This document shows positions 27,001 to 41,229 of a stretch of 64,000 nucleotides of DNA, piece after piece (the first letter of the stretch is position 1; each line of letters opens with the position of its first letter). Below the pieces are notes generated by a model. That model was not told where the DNA came from and ran no database searches. It saw only the letters and a list, made by a program, of their open reading frames with translations. The position numbers and the translations under genes are program-made. The stretch lies in assembly GCF_009914755.1 (NCBI RefSeq), contig NC_060936.1; one strand, written 5' to 3'. This stretch comes from the human T2T-CHM13v2.0 reference genome, Homo sapiens.

Positions 27001-27297
27001 TTTTTTTTTTTTTTTGAGACAGGGTTTTGTTCTCTCACCCAGGCTAGAGTGCAGTGGCACAATGTATCTTGGCTCACTGCAACCTCTGCCTCCTGTGTTC
27101 AAGCGATTCTCCTGCCTTAGCCTCCCGAATAGCTGGGATTATAGGCACGTGCCACCTTGCTGGCTAATTTCTGCATTTTTAGTAGAGACAGGGTTTTGCC
27201 ATGTTGCCTAGGCTGGTCTTGAGCTCCTGGCCTCAAGTGATCTGCCTGCATCAGCCTCCCAAAGTGCTGGGCTTACAATGGGCCACTGCACCCAGTC
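27001..27297 (-). mobile_element. Full-length Alu (AluJb/Sz-like)
   Basis: Poly-T, then antisense Alu dimer with CTCCTGGCCTCAAGTGATC. Confidence 0.92.
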
Positions 27298-27529
27298 CTA
27301 TTTTGGCCTCAAGGCTTTGATTTGCCGTTGAGGCAAAGCCCACCAAGTGATGTTTCAAATTATTGTATCTGATCAGCTAAAAAGATCTTGCCATTGACCT
27401 CGTTCTACATTCCCCTAGATATATGCCACTAAACAAAAAATACAACCCAACAGAGAGATCCTAGTGTGAAGTCCAATTCTCAGAATGTAATGGCCAAAAA
27501 AAACTTTCTTTTGTCTAGATTATTATACA

Positions 27530-28762
27530 CATACACACAGATAAATTTTTATTCACTAGTCCTGAGTACTTGTAAGACAAAACACTTGTTGCAGGAAGAA
27601 ACCAGGGCACCATGGAATAATGGTGATTGATTTTAGATCTGGGACATGGAAAGTTCAAAGTGATTCTGGAATATCGATTCCAGAAAGCAAGGAAGTGCCT
27701 AAAAACTGATGGAAATATGTTCAAAGAACATAAGAGGCAACTTAGGGCCACAATCCCCAAAATTTGGTAAAATTTGAGTATCAAGAAGAAGAATAATAAT
27801 GACAATGGATTATAATAACATGCTTAATAAAACAAATAATCCCTGAGTCCATAATAGTACTATAAAAAGGTGGGGAGTGGGCTCTTCTTAAGAAAGAATG
27901 CCAGCTAACAGATATAGAGGAATGATATAATGTAACCCATTTGATAATCACTCAAATAATTTAGGCAAGTATCATCTATGGATATTAAAACCACTGAGTG
28001 AAACATAGGAACAGGATACACAGCCTCAGAGAATCACCCCACAGGTTATGTATTAATTACAAAGAAACCATGTGACACATTGCAATGTAGAAATCTGGAG
28101 GTCACTTCCTTAGTCAATTGAACACATTCAGCATCACCAATAATGGGAAAACTGACATTCTGTGTCTTCTGATTTGATGTACTAAGAAGGTCACAATATC
28201 ACCTGCGTAGTATTCTTGGCAAAAAATCTTTAATCTCAATGTAATCATGAGAAAACAATCAGACAAATCTAAATTATAGGACTATCTACAAAATAATTGG
28301 CCTGACCCTTGAAAATTTCAGTGTTGTGTTTTTTGTTTTTTTTTTTAAACAGGGACTGCTCAAGACTAAAAGAGATTACGGAGACATATTAACTAAATAA
28401 AGTGCATAGGCTTTGATTGGATTATGGATCAAATGAGAAAAGCCACATAAGACATTATAGGGAGAATTGAGAAAATTGAGCTGTAAATTAGAAAATATTC
28501 TTGTATGAATGTTAACTTTCTTGACAATTATGGTGCTCTTAGGAGACATCTGCTGAAGTATTTGGGGCAAATTGTCATGATGTCTGTAGTTTACTTTCAA
28601 ATGATTTGGTGAAGGTGGAGAGAAAGGTAGGGGCTTGGAGAAAGCAATTGCATGTGGCAAAATGTTAATTGGTGAATCAGTGAAACAGAAATGCATCTTC
28701 ACTGTAATATTCTCTCAATTATTTTGTAGGTTTGAAATTTTTCAAGATAACAAGTTGGAGGA
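27530..28762 (+). mobile_element. L1MC4/L1MC5-like 3' UTR
   Basis: GAATGCCAGCTAA..AATCATGAGAAAACAATCAGACAAATC..GTGGCAAAATGTTAA..TTGTAGGTTTGAAATTTTTCAA is typical of L1MC 3' ends. Confidence 0.75.
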
Positions 28763-28909
28763 AATTTGCTTGTGAGGCTACAGAGAAAATATTAGGACAC
28801 ATCATTTCAGTATAATTTATATTCTTAGGTATACTGAATTAAATATTCCAGCAAAGATATCAAATATGAGTGTGTGGCCCAAAGGAAAATATTTCTCTTT
28901 ACTATTCTT

Positions 28910-29479
<570 letters not shown>

Positions 29480-30209
29480 TGACCCTGGTCAGTAAAATTC
29501 ACATACTTTTACTCTGAATACTATCTTATAGTCACCAATTATGAAAGATATTATCAAGTTATATAAAATTCTCTGTTAGTGTTACCACTTAAATGTATTA
29601 TTATAATTTAATATTCTGATCAATAGTTACCATATACACAAGGGATTGCCAGTTTTGAAATGAAAAAGATTATTTTGAAACTACTTATTATAAAACTATG
29701 CCAAATATAAGTCCTTTATAATAGTAGCAATATAGGTAACAAGACCATCATTTACTGGAATGTTCCTTTTAGCTTTTCAAAATGTGTTACGGTTGTTATT
29801 CCAATTTTTCATTGACTCAGTGGCATATTAACATAGATGGAGATAAGTGGTGGGGCTGTAAGGATGGAGTTCTGTCTGAACTTATTTCATGGTATCTCTC
29901 AAGTTTTTCTTTTAAAAATACACTGCTTGACTTGTGTCTTGTTTGCATAAATGTGGAGGACACAATGTGTGTCCCTGCCTGTGCTGGTGAGTAGAGAATT
30001 TGGTTTTCAGGAAACCAGATACAATCATCTTAATAGATTATGAAGCTGTAGTAAGTGAAGGCATTGTGGCCTAGGGCTGAGGGAAAGTAAACAGAAAATA
30101 ATTTCAGCAAAGTTGTTCAGAGAGTGCTGGTGCAAATATTCTGGACATTTAGATGACTTGGAAAAATGGGCTTCAACACTGTCAAAGTCAAACCTGGCAC
30201 TGTGGGAGG

Positions 30210-30365
30210 GAGGTAACACTGTAGCTGAGGGCATGCGTTCAGGAGTTAATCTGCCCAATTCAAATTCTGGCTTGACAGCCTTCTAGCTGCATGACCTCAG
30301 GCAAGTTATTTGACCTCCTTGTTCCTCTGTTTCCTCATCTGAAAAATGGGAAAAAGATGAGTCCC
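30210..30365 (+). mobile_element. MIR
   Basis: CTAGCTGCATGACCTCAGGCAAGTTATTTGACCTC..GTTTCCTCATCTGAAAAATGGG. Confidence 0.78.
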
Positions 30366-32576
30366 TACGTCAATGCACCTAACTTTGGTACTTTGCTAAC
30401 AGAGAGTTTCAAGGATAGAATAAGAGAAGTCCATCCCAAGAAACAGGTACCTCAGAAATATTTTCTTCCATCCAAGGTTAAGAGATGCCCTGATTCCCTA
30501 CAGTGTACATGGCTTAGCATGTCTGGCATCTCTGATGATCAAGGGAAGAAAAGTCTTCAGAGGGTCATTGAAGGGAGCAGACAAAATATTCTACAAGAAG
30601 ACTTGGAATATTCTGAGTGGCTCCTACCAGAAATGCAGTCACTTAGTTATGGTTATTTCCAAAGTTATGATTCTTGACTGATACATGCTTTAGTCACTAG
30701 GGCATGGATATCTCATATAACAAAGTGCCCTTTATGAAGCTTGTAGAAAAATACTGCAAAGCTTCTGGTAGCATTTTTGAGAGGCAAGAGCTATAATACT
30801 TCTTCCTGGTAGACCAAACAATATTTGTAGGGGTTATAAACAAACAGCAAAATAGGGGGCTACAATCCTATTTTGCAGCATCAGAATTTAAACTAGATGA
30901 AACTGAAAAGCAGGCAAAGTCTGACATTGGTAATTTCCTTTTCTCCCCTCGACAACCCAACACCAGTACTCGGTACTGTCTTGTGGCTTTGGATATCTTC
31001 AGATAATCTGCCTAGCCATGTCCTACTAGGCCAAACCTGCCAGTCCCAATAAAAACTTCTTTTAACTACTAGGAAAACTACTGGATTAAAGTTATTGATA
31101 AGGAGCTGCAAGAAATTGATAGATTTGAATTCAATAATTTTTAAAGGAGAAGTTTTCTTAATAGGGTTAAAATATGAAGAAGCTATTTAAAGAAATAGAC
31201 CTTCTGGGCACTGTTGCCAGCCTCTACAGCTCATACACACACATTTTCAAAATACTTCTCAGACTTGCCAACCCCAAGCTGGTTCATGGAGCACCAAAAC
31301 AATGCCCAAACATCTAGCCGATATCTCCGTGGGGCCACAATAATTTTGCAGAGACCTCTCAGCAACTAAGAGTGACTGCCCTTATGGGCAAATATTGCCA
31401 CAAAGAGGTGAAGTGACTTTGAACTGGCGAGTTGGGTAATGTGTTTCAGTCTACTTCTCTCATGTCACCAACTCTAGCAGATGTGCAGCCAGTCTTTCTG
31501 GAGTGGTCCTGGACCCTGGACACATTATCCTGAATATTCATCCCTAGTAACCAATATTTCTATGTTGATAACAGTAAGATACACATGACCATGAAGGATA
31601 GGCTGTAAAAGGCTCTGAAGTGACAAAATGGCAGATGAGGCAGAAAGTGATTGGAGCAGGGACTGTTCTGCTTGTTTTGCCTTGGTGATAGCAGGTGCAT
31701 TTATAAGCTGACAACGTATATATGAGCCTTTCTCTTCTTGAATGTGTCCTTGTCCCTTACCTGTTGACTCCTTGAGTCCCTGCCCACCTTAGCCTGAGTT
31801 GGAGGACCTCTCTGCTTAGGTTAGCCTTGATGACGAAGGCTGAGGGCACTCTAACAGTACTTCTATCTTTGTTGATGTTCTAGAAAGCGGGCCATGGGTT
31901 CCAACCAGCTTGGCGTTTTCTCAGCTATGGCACGATGCACTTGGACTTCATTTGTGATCGGCCCCTCATTGAGCATGAAAGCTGGTTACCTTTTTCCTGC
32001 CAGAAAATCTGGCTTTCTCATTTGCCGTATTTTCTGGGTCTGCTGGACCCAGCTCAAAAACGCCTCAGCAGTGTCTGTCACTAGGGAAAAAGCAGCCCCT
32101 GAGAAAGGGCAATTAAAGGTAGTGTTTGTCTCTGATTCTTATTGGCAGCTCTGTTCAGGTGAAGACATAGAAAAGGTCAAGGCCCACGGCCCACACACAA
32201 CCTGATTGTGTAGCTAGGCAGCTTTCCAGGAGGCCTTCTATTTGGAATAGGAGCACTTAAAGGAGACTCCCTCACGGCATAAGCTGGGGGTGGAGGATGT
32301 AGGCCATTTAGCTACACGATGAGGCAAATGTCCTACTTGCTAAGTCTGGAAAGGTGGGTGGCAGGAGTGGTGGCTTCCATTTTTCTAAGAACACAGCTTA
32401 TTTCTTGGGCTCCATTCCCCCCGGGTATGACCCATAGAGAAGAACGTCCTGGAACTAAAGGTCATACCTGAAGCCAGGTGAGTTAGAAGAGAGCTCTACG
32501 TAAAGTGACTAGTAACACATGCAGTGAAGTTTTTTCCCAGAAAATAGCATCATTGACCGCATCCACTTTTGTGTAA

Positions 32577-32924
32577 TGCTGTGATCTGTTTGTGTTCCCC
32601 CAAAATTCATATGCTGAAACCTAATCCCCAAGGTGATAGTACTAAGAGGTGGGGACTTTTGGAGATGAGCAGGTCACAAGAGCAGAGCCCCTATGAGTAG
32701 GATTAGTACCTTTATGGAAGAGACAGTAGAGAGGTAGCAGAGAGATAGCTAGTTCCTTCCACCATGTGAGGTCACAATAAATGGGCCCTCTCCAGACACC
32801 AGATCTGCCAGTGTCTTGATCTTGGACTTTCCAGTCTTCTGAACTGTGAGAAATACATATTTGCTGTTCATAAACCACCCAATTTTTGGTCTCTGTGTTA
32901 TAGCAGCCTGAACAAACTAAGACA
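32577..32924 (+). mobile_element. MLT1A0-like MaLR solo LTR
   Basis: TTTGTGTTCCCCCAAAATTCATATGCTGAAACCTAATCCCC..CTTGATCTTGGACTTTCCAG..GAACTGTGAGAAATA..TAGCAGCCTGAACAAACTAAGACA. Confidence 0.88.
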
Positions 32925-33280
32925 TATAGCCTGGAAATTTGGATTTAGTTCAGAAATCCCAGGGAAACAAAAGGAAAAGGGATCAATCTCATAATGGTAT
33001 TCATACTTGACTGCTCACTAGGAGGTTATGGGAGTTCTCATGGAAAATATTGCCTAGATGATGCTATCTTATCCAAATAGGTTATGACAACTTTTCATTG
33101 TTTTTGTTGTTTACTTTAAGAATATCTTGAACCCCATCCAAATTCATATTCAATTTAGGAGAGGTATTAAAAAACCCCAACATACCAAAATATATTAATC
33201 ATTTATCCTGGGATGATACTCAGCATTAGTTGTAGAAGTGGCATAATCTCAGCATGAAATGTAAAGCCAAAGTACAGATA

Positions 33281-33515
33281 TCAGCCTGGTCAACATGGCA
33301 AAACCCCGTCTCTACTAAAAAATACAAAAAATTAGCTGGGCATGGTGGTGTCCACCTGTAGTCTTAGCTACTCGGGAGGCTGAGGCTTAAACCCAGAAGG
33401 TGGAGGTTGCAGTGAGCTGAGATCATGTCACTGCACTCCAGCCTGGGTAATAGAGTGAGACACTGTCTCAAAAAACAAAAACAAAAACAAGCAAACAAAC
33501 AAACCAAAAAACAAA
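33281..33515 (+). mobile_element. 5'-truncated Alu (S/J) with (A/C)-rich tail
   Basis: CAGCCTGGTCAACATGGCAAAACCCCGTCTCTAC.. then the right arm and (CAAAAA)n tail. TSD-like AAAGTACAGATA / AAAATACATATA. Confidence 0.88.
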
Positions 33516-33723
33516 ATACATATACCTGTGAACTTTTCAGTACTTCTTGAGTTGGCCCCTTACAATTCCCTTTATTACTGGGTAGGCAGTATGGTTATTC
33601 TGGCCCTACAATATCAGCTGCTCTTTATTAATTGAAATACAATTTTAAGAATATTAAATCTGTTTGGTAACTATTACATCCCTCTGTTAGTAAAGACAGT
33701 CAGGAGCTGAAAGTATAGGACTA

Positions 33724-34424
33724 CGGATGGTCCCTAACTTATGATGGTTCAACTTATGATTTTTCGACTTTATGATGGTGCAAAAGCAACATGCATTCAG
33801 TAGAAAGTGTACTTTGGATTTTGAGTTTTGATCTTCTCCTGGGCTAGCAATATGTGGTTCAATATTCTCTTGCTATGCTGGGCAGGGGCAGGGGCAGTGG
33901 CAGTGAACTGCAGCTCCCAGTCAGCCAGGCGATCACTAGGGTAAACAGCCTATACTCCATATCTTCCCAAAAAACGCTATGCCTACTAAACCATCAATAA
34001 GTGTCAATGCCTCATTGCCTTCTATTCTTGAGCCTCATCAGAAGAGAGAGAAATTGATGACCCTATTTCTGCAGCATCCCCATCAATCAGCAATTAACTT
34101 TAGTTCAATGCTTCTCCAGGCCCCATGTACTTTTGGCTGTGGACATTAATGGTGAGTACCCATGCAAACATTGTTTTTATACTTTCAGTAGAGTATTCAA
34201 TAAATTACATGAGATATTCAACACTTTATTATAAAATAGGCTTTGTGTTGAATGATTTTGCACATCTGCAGGCTAATGTAAGTGTTCTGGGCACATTTAA
34301 GGTAGGCTAGGCTAAGTTACGTTTGGTAGGTTAGGTGTATTGAATGCATTTTTAACTTAACAGTATTTCCAACTTATGATGGGTTTATCAGGATGTGACC
34401 CCAGTGTAAGTTGAGTAGTATCTG
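33724..34424 (-). mobile_element. MER47/Tigger5-family (TcMar-Tigger) non-autonomous DNA transposon, long variant
   Basis: Termini CGGATGGTCCCTAACTTATGATGG and TGTAAGTTGAGTAGTATCTG, each flanked by a TA TSD. Internal GAGATATTCAACACTTTATTATAAAATAGGCTTTGTGTT matches MER47. Confidence 0.85.
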
Positions 34425-34874
34425 TATTTCTGGGCAAAGTATTATTCTTTCCCATTGTAAACTTATGTTTGATTATGACCTTTGGTACCCCAAAATTAAA
34501 TTGTTTTGCTCCTGAGTGAAATTGTTGAAAGCTTCATTGGCCTTTGGTGAATACATAAAATAAACACTTTTCTGATAAAAAAAAAAAAAAAAGGTTCCTA
34601 TTCTCTTTGGTGAGAAATACAGAGGCTCCTAGGGCAGTTTTCACACTTTCTTATTCTTTGTCTAGAACCTGTAACCAACACATTGAAAAACTCACCACTA
34701 GCTCCAGTGATTTTCCCTCTTGGCTCTATGCTTGCAAATCCCATTGACCTTCTCAGTTATTTTCTTTCCTTCCTTTTTCCACCCACCCCCGTCTGTCACC
34801 ATTCTAATCCAGGCTCCCATTACTTCCATCTTGGACAGTGGTATCAGGCTCCTGACTTACCTCCTTCTCCCTGA

Positions 34875-35161
34875 GAGTGGGAAACATTAATACCATTCAG
34901 CAGAATCATGCTTCCCTGTACTTCTGGCCTCCTTGAAGTAAGGCAAGGCATGGACACACCTTGCTCTGGCCAATGGCACATGAGCAGAAGTGAACTGTGT
35001 CTCTTGCCCTCTTTCTCCTATGGTGGAGCCTGTGTCAATGATGTACCTGCCAATATGATGTGGATGGATGTGTATGGGGGTGAGAAGTAAACTATGCTTG
35101 TTTAAGTCCCTGAGATTTGAGTTTTGTTTGTTTTGTTATTTGGTTCAATTTGACCAATACA
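34875..35161 (+). mobile_element. Old MaLR LTR (MLT1I/J-like) nested in L2 fragments (~34660-35740)
   Basis: TGCTCTGGCCAATGG..TGAGCAGAAGTGA..TGAGAAGTAAACT..TTTAAG..CTGAGATTTG..GACCAATACA. Confidence 0.65.
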
Positions 35162-37736
35162 CACAGTCTCTTCCTCCTCTAATTCTCTTTATCTACTCTT
35201 GCCAGGGTAATCTTAAATCACAGGCCAGATTATCCCCTAATCAAAAGCCATCAGCTGTTCATCATTACCCAGAAACAGAAAACCCAAATGTCTGAATTTC
35301 AAGAAACTGTGAGCTCTGCCCTCAATGTCCTCTTCCCACTTTCTCACTACACGTATGTTCCGGCCCAGTGTAAAGGCTCACAGTGACCCTCAGATGATCA
35401 TGTCTTGACTTGGGATGTTACATTTGTATGGAGTGTCTTTGCCCTGATTACATCATGTTGAAATCTAGCCACTTTAAAGCACAGGTTCAAATGGTCAAAC
35501 TTTCCTGACTCCTACAAGTGGACAGGCACTCCCACTCTTCTGGGATCCCTTAGCAAATTGTGTCTCATTTATAGTACTTACTACTTTCTATTGCATAATG
35601 CAGTTATTTCTGTATATGTTTTACCTCTCCGATTAGACAATAAACCCTCTTAAGGCAAATAGCAGTATTAGTTATTCTTGTAGTTCTTTACAGTACCAAG
35701 GTGTATAGTTGCTCAGTAAACACTTTATAAGTTAAATATTAATCCTCAGGGGAGGGCCATGAAGTTCTGTTTTAAATCCCAAATGATCATAGTTCAGTAA
35801 ATGATGAGAAATGCCACCTGTAGAGTGAACAGGGATTTTCCTAGTGAACTTCCTCCTTTGGTGGGATATTCTGCAAGAGCACCCCTGGATAAGGCATCAA
35901 AGAAATCCTGGTTCCTAGGAAGGTCTGATTAGACTCTATGCACATGGTAGTTTAGGCTTCTCTACTCTGAAAATAAAAACTAGAGGAAACTCTTATTCAA
36001 TAAAAAAGAAACATATTTAAAGATTCCCAAAGGGTCTTTGAAGCAGGAATGAAACTTTAGTTTCAGAGTGACCTTCAGTACTGAAGAAAGCTTTACAAGG
36101 AAAGATAGCGCTGGGCATTGAAGCACTGGGCACTGATAGAACTTTTAGAGGGAAGAGACAGGAAAATGGGGAGAGAAGAGACTAAAAGAGAAAGGCTGGC
36201 TTAAAATAATCAGTGATGCTGAAGGACAACAGCTTAAATGATCAACTGGGAAAATTCTTCAGTCTAATGGCACAGGGAGATCACATCACAAGCATGACTA
36301 GAGAGCTGTAGATGGGAAAAGGTGTGAGGAAGACATTGTGAGGTTAGTGCTGTTAGGATGGAATCTTTGTGGCTATTGATTGAATACGGAAGGCAGACCA
36401 GTGGTGGAGTAAAAAGGTAGCACGTTGCTGAGATGGTGCAGACAGTCAGAGAAGCATGAGGGGCCCACCTGGTATGGAAGCTGTGCCAATCTGAATCGCC
36501 TTGGGTTTGATTATTTTTACCATCTGGCCCAAACAAACCTCATGAAACTGAGGCGCCCTGAGGCTATGCCAGTGCAGCTCATGTGTATTTAGATGTTAGC
36601 TGAAACAAAGAACCATTTCTCACAATTATAGAAATATAACAAATTTATATTAATTCAAAAAGTACCATTTTCTGTTTATAATTCTTTTCCCCTAAGAATT
36701 TCTTTTAAAGTAGCCAGACTCTGTTGCTCCTGATTTTAGGAAAGAATTTAGGAAATTTGTCCCACACACCATGAGAGGTATGTAAGCAGTAGAGTATTAA
36801 GATGCACCTGGATTTCTGGCGTGCTGAAAGCAGACACGTTACACAAACTCAAATGCCTAAAAAGGATCCCAGAAATGGGAAAGTCATAGAGAATGAAGTA
36901 GTAGTGGGTCAGAGCCCTTCTCCTGCCATATATGCCCTTAAATTTTCTTTTCATTTCTTAGAGCTGCCCATTCTCTCATCTCTCAGGGGAAAAGAGTAGA
37001 CACATTTCTTTTGTAAGCAGAAGGCCTTTGACTCTGACTATAAACTTTGGAAATGGCAGGAAGAAGGAGAAATGCATATATACCAAGGCACATGGGAACA
37101 ACGATTATATTCTTACTAAAGCCACAGATTTTAAATGGTTTGGCCTCAGTAGTCATTTTGGGGATTAGGTTGGACTTGGGGTTTAAAAGACATCTGGAAT
37201 ATGAATGTAGAACGTGACAGTCTGAGTTCAGCAAGCAACGCATCTAAGGAATTTAAAGAAAAAGAAAGACCAGACAAAATGTCAGGCCTAAAGTTCTTAG
37301 AATCAGCAACCAGAAAGAAAACAGATAATTGACATCACAATAGCACAGGAATTTCAACAAAGCAATCTGGAAGAGTGAAGAGAAGATGTGTTTCAAAGTC
37401 AGCTTAACTTGATCCTGGATTCCAGATCTTCTACCTACATTAAGCAAGTTAAGTTCTGGGATCCATTACAGGATACTTTATTCATGAAGGCACACAAGCA
37501 GGTCAAGAATTGATCCATCTTTATTTAGACATCCACAAACATTTTGAGTTAGAAAAACCAGGTGTCCACCTTAAACTCATAATCTACAGAGTGATAATTA
37601 AGTGCAGTGAAGTAAGAACCAAGGGAGATAGGTGAAAAATACATGGGATCACCCAGGAGGGGTTGATGGTAGAGATTTCTGAGCTTGCTAGAGTACATCA
37701 TGATAGAACAAAGTCACTGCTTGCTGTTGATACTTT

Positions 37737-39491
37737 AAAAAAAAATTTAAAAGAAACTTTTGTGGGTACATAAATATATATATTTATGGGGTACATGAGA
37801 TGTTTTAATACAGGCACACTATGTGAAATAAGCACGTCATGAAGAATGAAGCATTCATACCCTCAAGCATTTATTGTTTGAGTTATAAACAATCCAATTA
37901 CATTTTCTAAGTTATTTTTAAATATACAATTAAGTTGTTATTGACTATAGTCACCCTATTGTGCAATCAAATAGTAGGTCTTATTCATTCTTTGTATTTT
38001 TTTTTGTGCCCATTAACCATCCCCAACTCCCTCTTTGCCCCAATCCCTCCACTACCCTTTCCAGACTCTGGAAACCATCCTTCTACTTTCTATGTTCATG
38101 AGTTCAATTTATTTGATTTTTAGATCCCACAAATATGTGAGAACATGTAATGTCTGTCTTTCTGTGCTTGGCTTATTTTACTTAACATAAGGATTTCTAG
38201 TTCCATCCATGTTGTTGCAAATGACTAGATCTCATTCTTTTTTATGGCTAAATAGTACTCCACTGTGTATATGTACCACATTTTCTTTATCCATTCATCT
38301 GTTGATGGACACTTAGGTTGCTTCTAAATCTTAGCTATTGTAAACAGTGCTACAACAAACAGGTACACAACAAACTGGGTACTCAGCAGTGGGATTGCTA
38401 GATCACATGGTAACTCTACTTTTAGTTTTTTGAGGAACCTCCAAACTGTTCTCCATAGTGATTGTACTAGCTTACATTTCCACCAACGGTATACAAAGGT
38501 TCCCTTTTCTCTATATTCTCACTGTCATTTTGGATGTAAGCCATTTTAACTGGGATGAGATGATATCTCATCGTAGTTTTGATTTGTATTTCTCTGATGG
38601 TAAATGATATTGAGCATCTTTTCACATGCTTGTTTGCCATTTGTATGTCTTCTTTTGAGAAATGTCTAGTCAAATCTTTTGCCCATTTTTTGGTCAGATT
38701 ATCAGATTTTTTCCTGTATAGTTGTTTGAGCTCCTTATATATTCTGCTCATTAATCCCTTGTGAGAAGGGTAGTTTGCAAATATTTTGTCCCATTCTGTG
38801 GGTTGTCTCTTCACTTTCTTGATTGTATTCTTCTCTGTGCAGAAGCTTTTTAACATGATGTGATCCCATTTGTCCATGTTTGCTTTGGTTGCCTGTGCTT
38901 GTGGGGAATTGCTCAAGAAGTCTTTGCCCAGACCATGTCCTGGAGATTTTCCCCAACATTTTCTTGCAGTAGTTTCATAGTTTGAGGTCTTAGATTTAAG
39001 TCTTTAATCCATTTTAACTTGATTTTTATATATGGCAAGAGATAGGGGTCTAGTTTCACTTTTTTGCATATGGATTTCCAGTTTTTCCAGCATCATTTAT
39101 TGAAGAGATTGTTTTTTCCCCAGTGTATGTTCTTGGCACCTTTGTCAAAAATGAGTTCAATGAGTTCACTGTAGGTGTGTGGATTTGTTTCTGGGTTCTC
39201 TATTCTGTTCCATTGGTCTATGTGTCTGTTTTTATGCTAGTACAATGCTGTTTTGGTTACTATAGCTCTGTAGCATAATTTGAAGTCAGGTAATGTGATT
39301 CCTCCAGTTTTGTTCTTCTTGCTTAAGATAGCTTTGGCTATTTTGAGTCTTTTGTGGTTCCATGTAAATTTTAGGATTACTTTTTCTATTTCAGTGAAGA
39401 ATGTCATTGGTATTTTGATGGGGATTGCATTGAATCTGTAAACTGCTTTAGGTAGTATAAATATTTTAACAATATTGATTTTTCCAATCCA
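37737..39491 (-). mobile_element. 5'-truncated L1MA (L1MA1-3-like): ORF2 C-terminus and 3' UTR
   Basis: ORFs 38467-38916 and 39237-39572 match L1 ORF2p ([19 protein letters not shown]; [25 protein letters not shown]). 14-bp TSD G(C/T)TGTTGATACTTT at 37723-37736 and 39493-39506. Confidence 0.94.
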
Positions 39492-39619
39492 GGTTGTTGA
39501 TACTTTGCCATGACTGTCTTCCTTTACAGTGTCGGAGCTGTGCAGGCGGAGCTGCAAAATGACAGATAGCATGGAGCCAGCAGTTGTGTATTGAAATTAC
39601 CAAGCATAAGAGCTGGCAG

Positions 39620-39800
39620 TGACTTAGATATATCTAGCTCAATTCATGCACTTAAAGATGAGGGAACTGAGGAAGGAAGAAATAGAGTGACTTGGGCATA
39701 TGCAAATTGCCCAGGTTATTGTTCAAGTTAGAGCCAGAACTAAAACCCGGATTTTCTGTCCCCAGTAGTGCTCTTTTCACCACATTGCGCTGCCTCTTAC
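39620..39800 (-). mobile_element. MIR fragment
   Basis: AAAGATGAGGGAACTGAGG..AGTGACTTG..TTAGAGCCAGAACTAAAACCCGG..CAGTAGTGCTCTTTTCAC. Confidence 0.6.
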
Positions 39801-39937
39801 TGCCAAATAGTGTTACTTAGAGGCTAGAACTACTTCCCCAGAGATGATGGAATCAGGAAATTCTACAAACATTTTTTATGAATGCTCTGTAACAATTTCC
39901 ATGGGTAACAAGCCTTTTTAGAGACTATTGTCTGAAG

Positions 39938-40125
39938 CAATGCTGCCCAATAGAAAGTCTGCAATGATGAAAATGTTCTATAGCTGCACTGCCCAGTATG
40001 ATGGTCACTAGCTGCATGTGGTCACTAGCACTAGAAATATGGCTAGTTTGGCTGAGGAACTGAATATAAAATTTTAATTTCATTAGGCACAAATTGCTAG
40101 AGACTTACCATATTGGCCAGCATAA
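39938..40125 (+). mobile_element. MER3 hAT-Charlie DNA transposon
   Basis: CAATGCTGCCCAATAGAA..TGCAATGATGAAAATGTTCTATA..GGCTAGT..CTGAGGAACTGAAT..TACCATATTGGCCAGCA. Confidence 0.85.
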
Positions 40126-41229
40126 GTCTTCAGAATTATCTATATCTTTAGTTATACCACTAAGTATGTGACTGTCTTTTTCTAGCTGCCTTGACTTTGA
40201 GCCCTACAAGCTCCCTCTTCCCAGTCCCTGAGCCATGAGAACCAAACCATGCCTAAGTATATGTAAAGACCACCATCCTCTCTGGTGGATGAGTCTGGTC
40301 TTAGTCTGTGGCAATAAGTACATTTTGCCTAGATTGTTTTTCTGGAAGAGTACTTGTCACATTTTATAATAGTAATAATTATAATTTGTTAGCATATTCT
40401 GTATACCCATCCCTCATACTCAGTCATCTATAGGTATTACATCTATTACTCTTCCCACCAACTCAGTGAGTACGCTCTATTACTGTCAACCAGTGGCCAG
40501 AAAGCAAATCTGTCTTCTTCCAAAATCCGTGCTCTTTTTACTATCCCACACTGTCTAAGAACTGAGGATTAGTGTACAATCCCCTGTTGCTTGGGCAGGG
40601 GAGATTTTCCTTCATTTATTAAAAAATACTATTGGCTGCCTGTTAAGTGCCAGGCACTGTGCCAGGTAAAGTACATAGTGATGAATCAAATGGGATTATC
40701 CTAGCTGACATTGGACATGTTTTCTAGTAAATGCTGGTTTTTGGAGGAAGAAATTTGGTAGATTCTGTTAAGTAGCTGGGAATTCAGTGCTTATATGCTG
40801 CAAACTGGAGCTATTTATACTGGAGCTGTTCCTTTGATGTTTGAAACGTGCAGCAATTCTCTCTTGTAGCCAAGATGTGTAATTTTTTTTTTTGGGGGGG
40901 GGTGTTTTTTACCATTAAAATATTATGTTTTATTTACTCAAGAGTTAAAAATCCTAGGATTTCATCATGAACTCCACATACAAGCCAATTTCACAGCCAT
41001 AGAAATTTCCAAAATTAGTATTGAGGCAGTTGACCACAGCTCTATGCTAATTTCTGAGGCTATTAATTGTGTTTGTGAAATATAAATGCATGAGCAATGA
41101 CTGTGGATATTGCTTAAGAATCTAAACACTTTATTGAAGAAATAAGTGAGACAAAATAGATGTGATAAGAGTACAAAATATGTACCATATTGCATCAAAT
41201 CTAGCATACTATAAATTTTAAGACATATA

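Noticed and set aside
38467-39572. L1 ORF2p/ORF1p-like ORFs (also 5028, 57634, 60291, 62605, 63523)
   Set aside because: They are fragments of dead L1 copies with stops and frameshifts, annotated as mobile elements rather than CDS.
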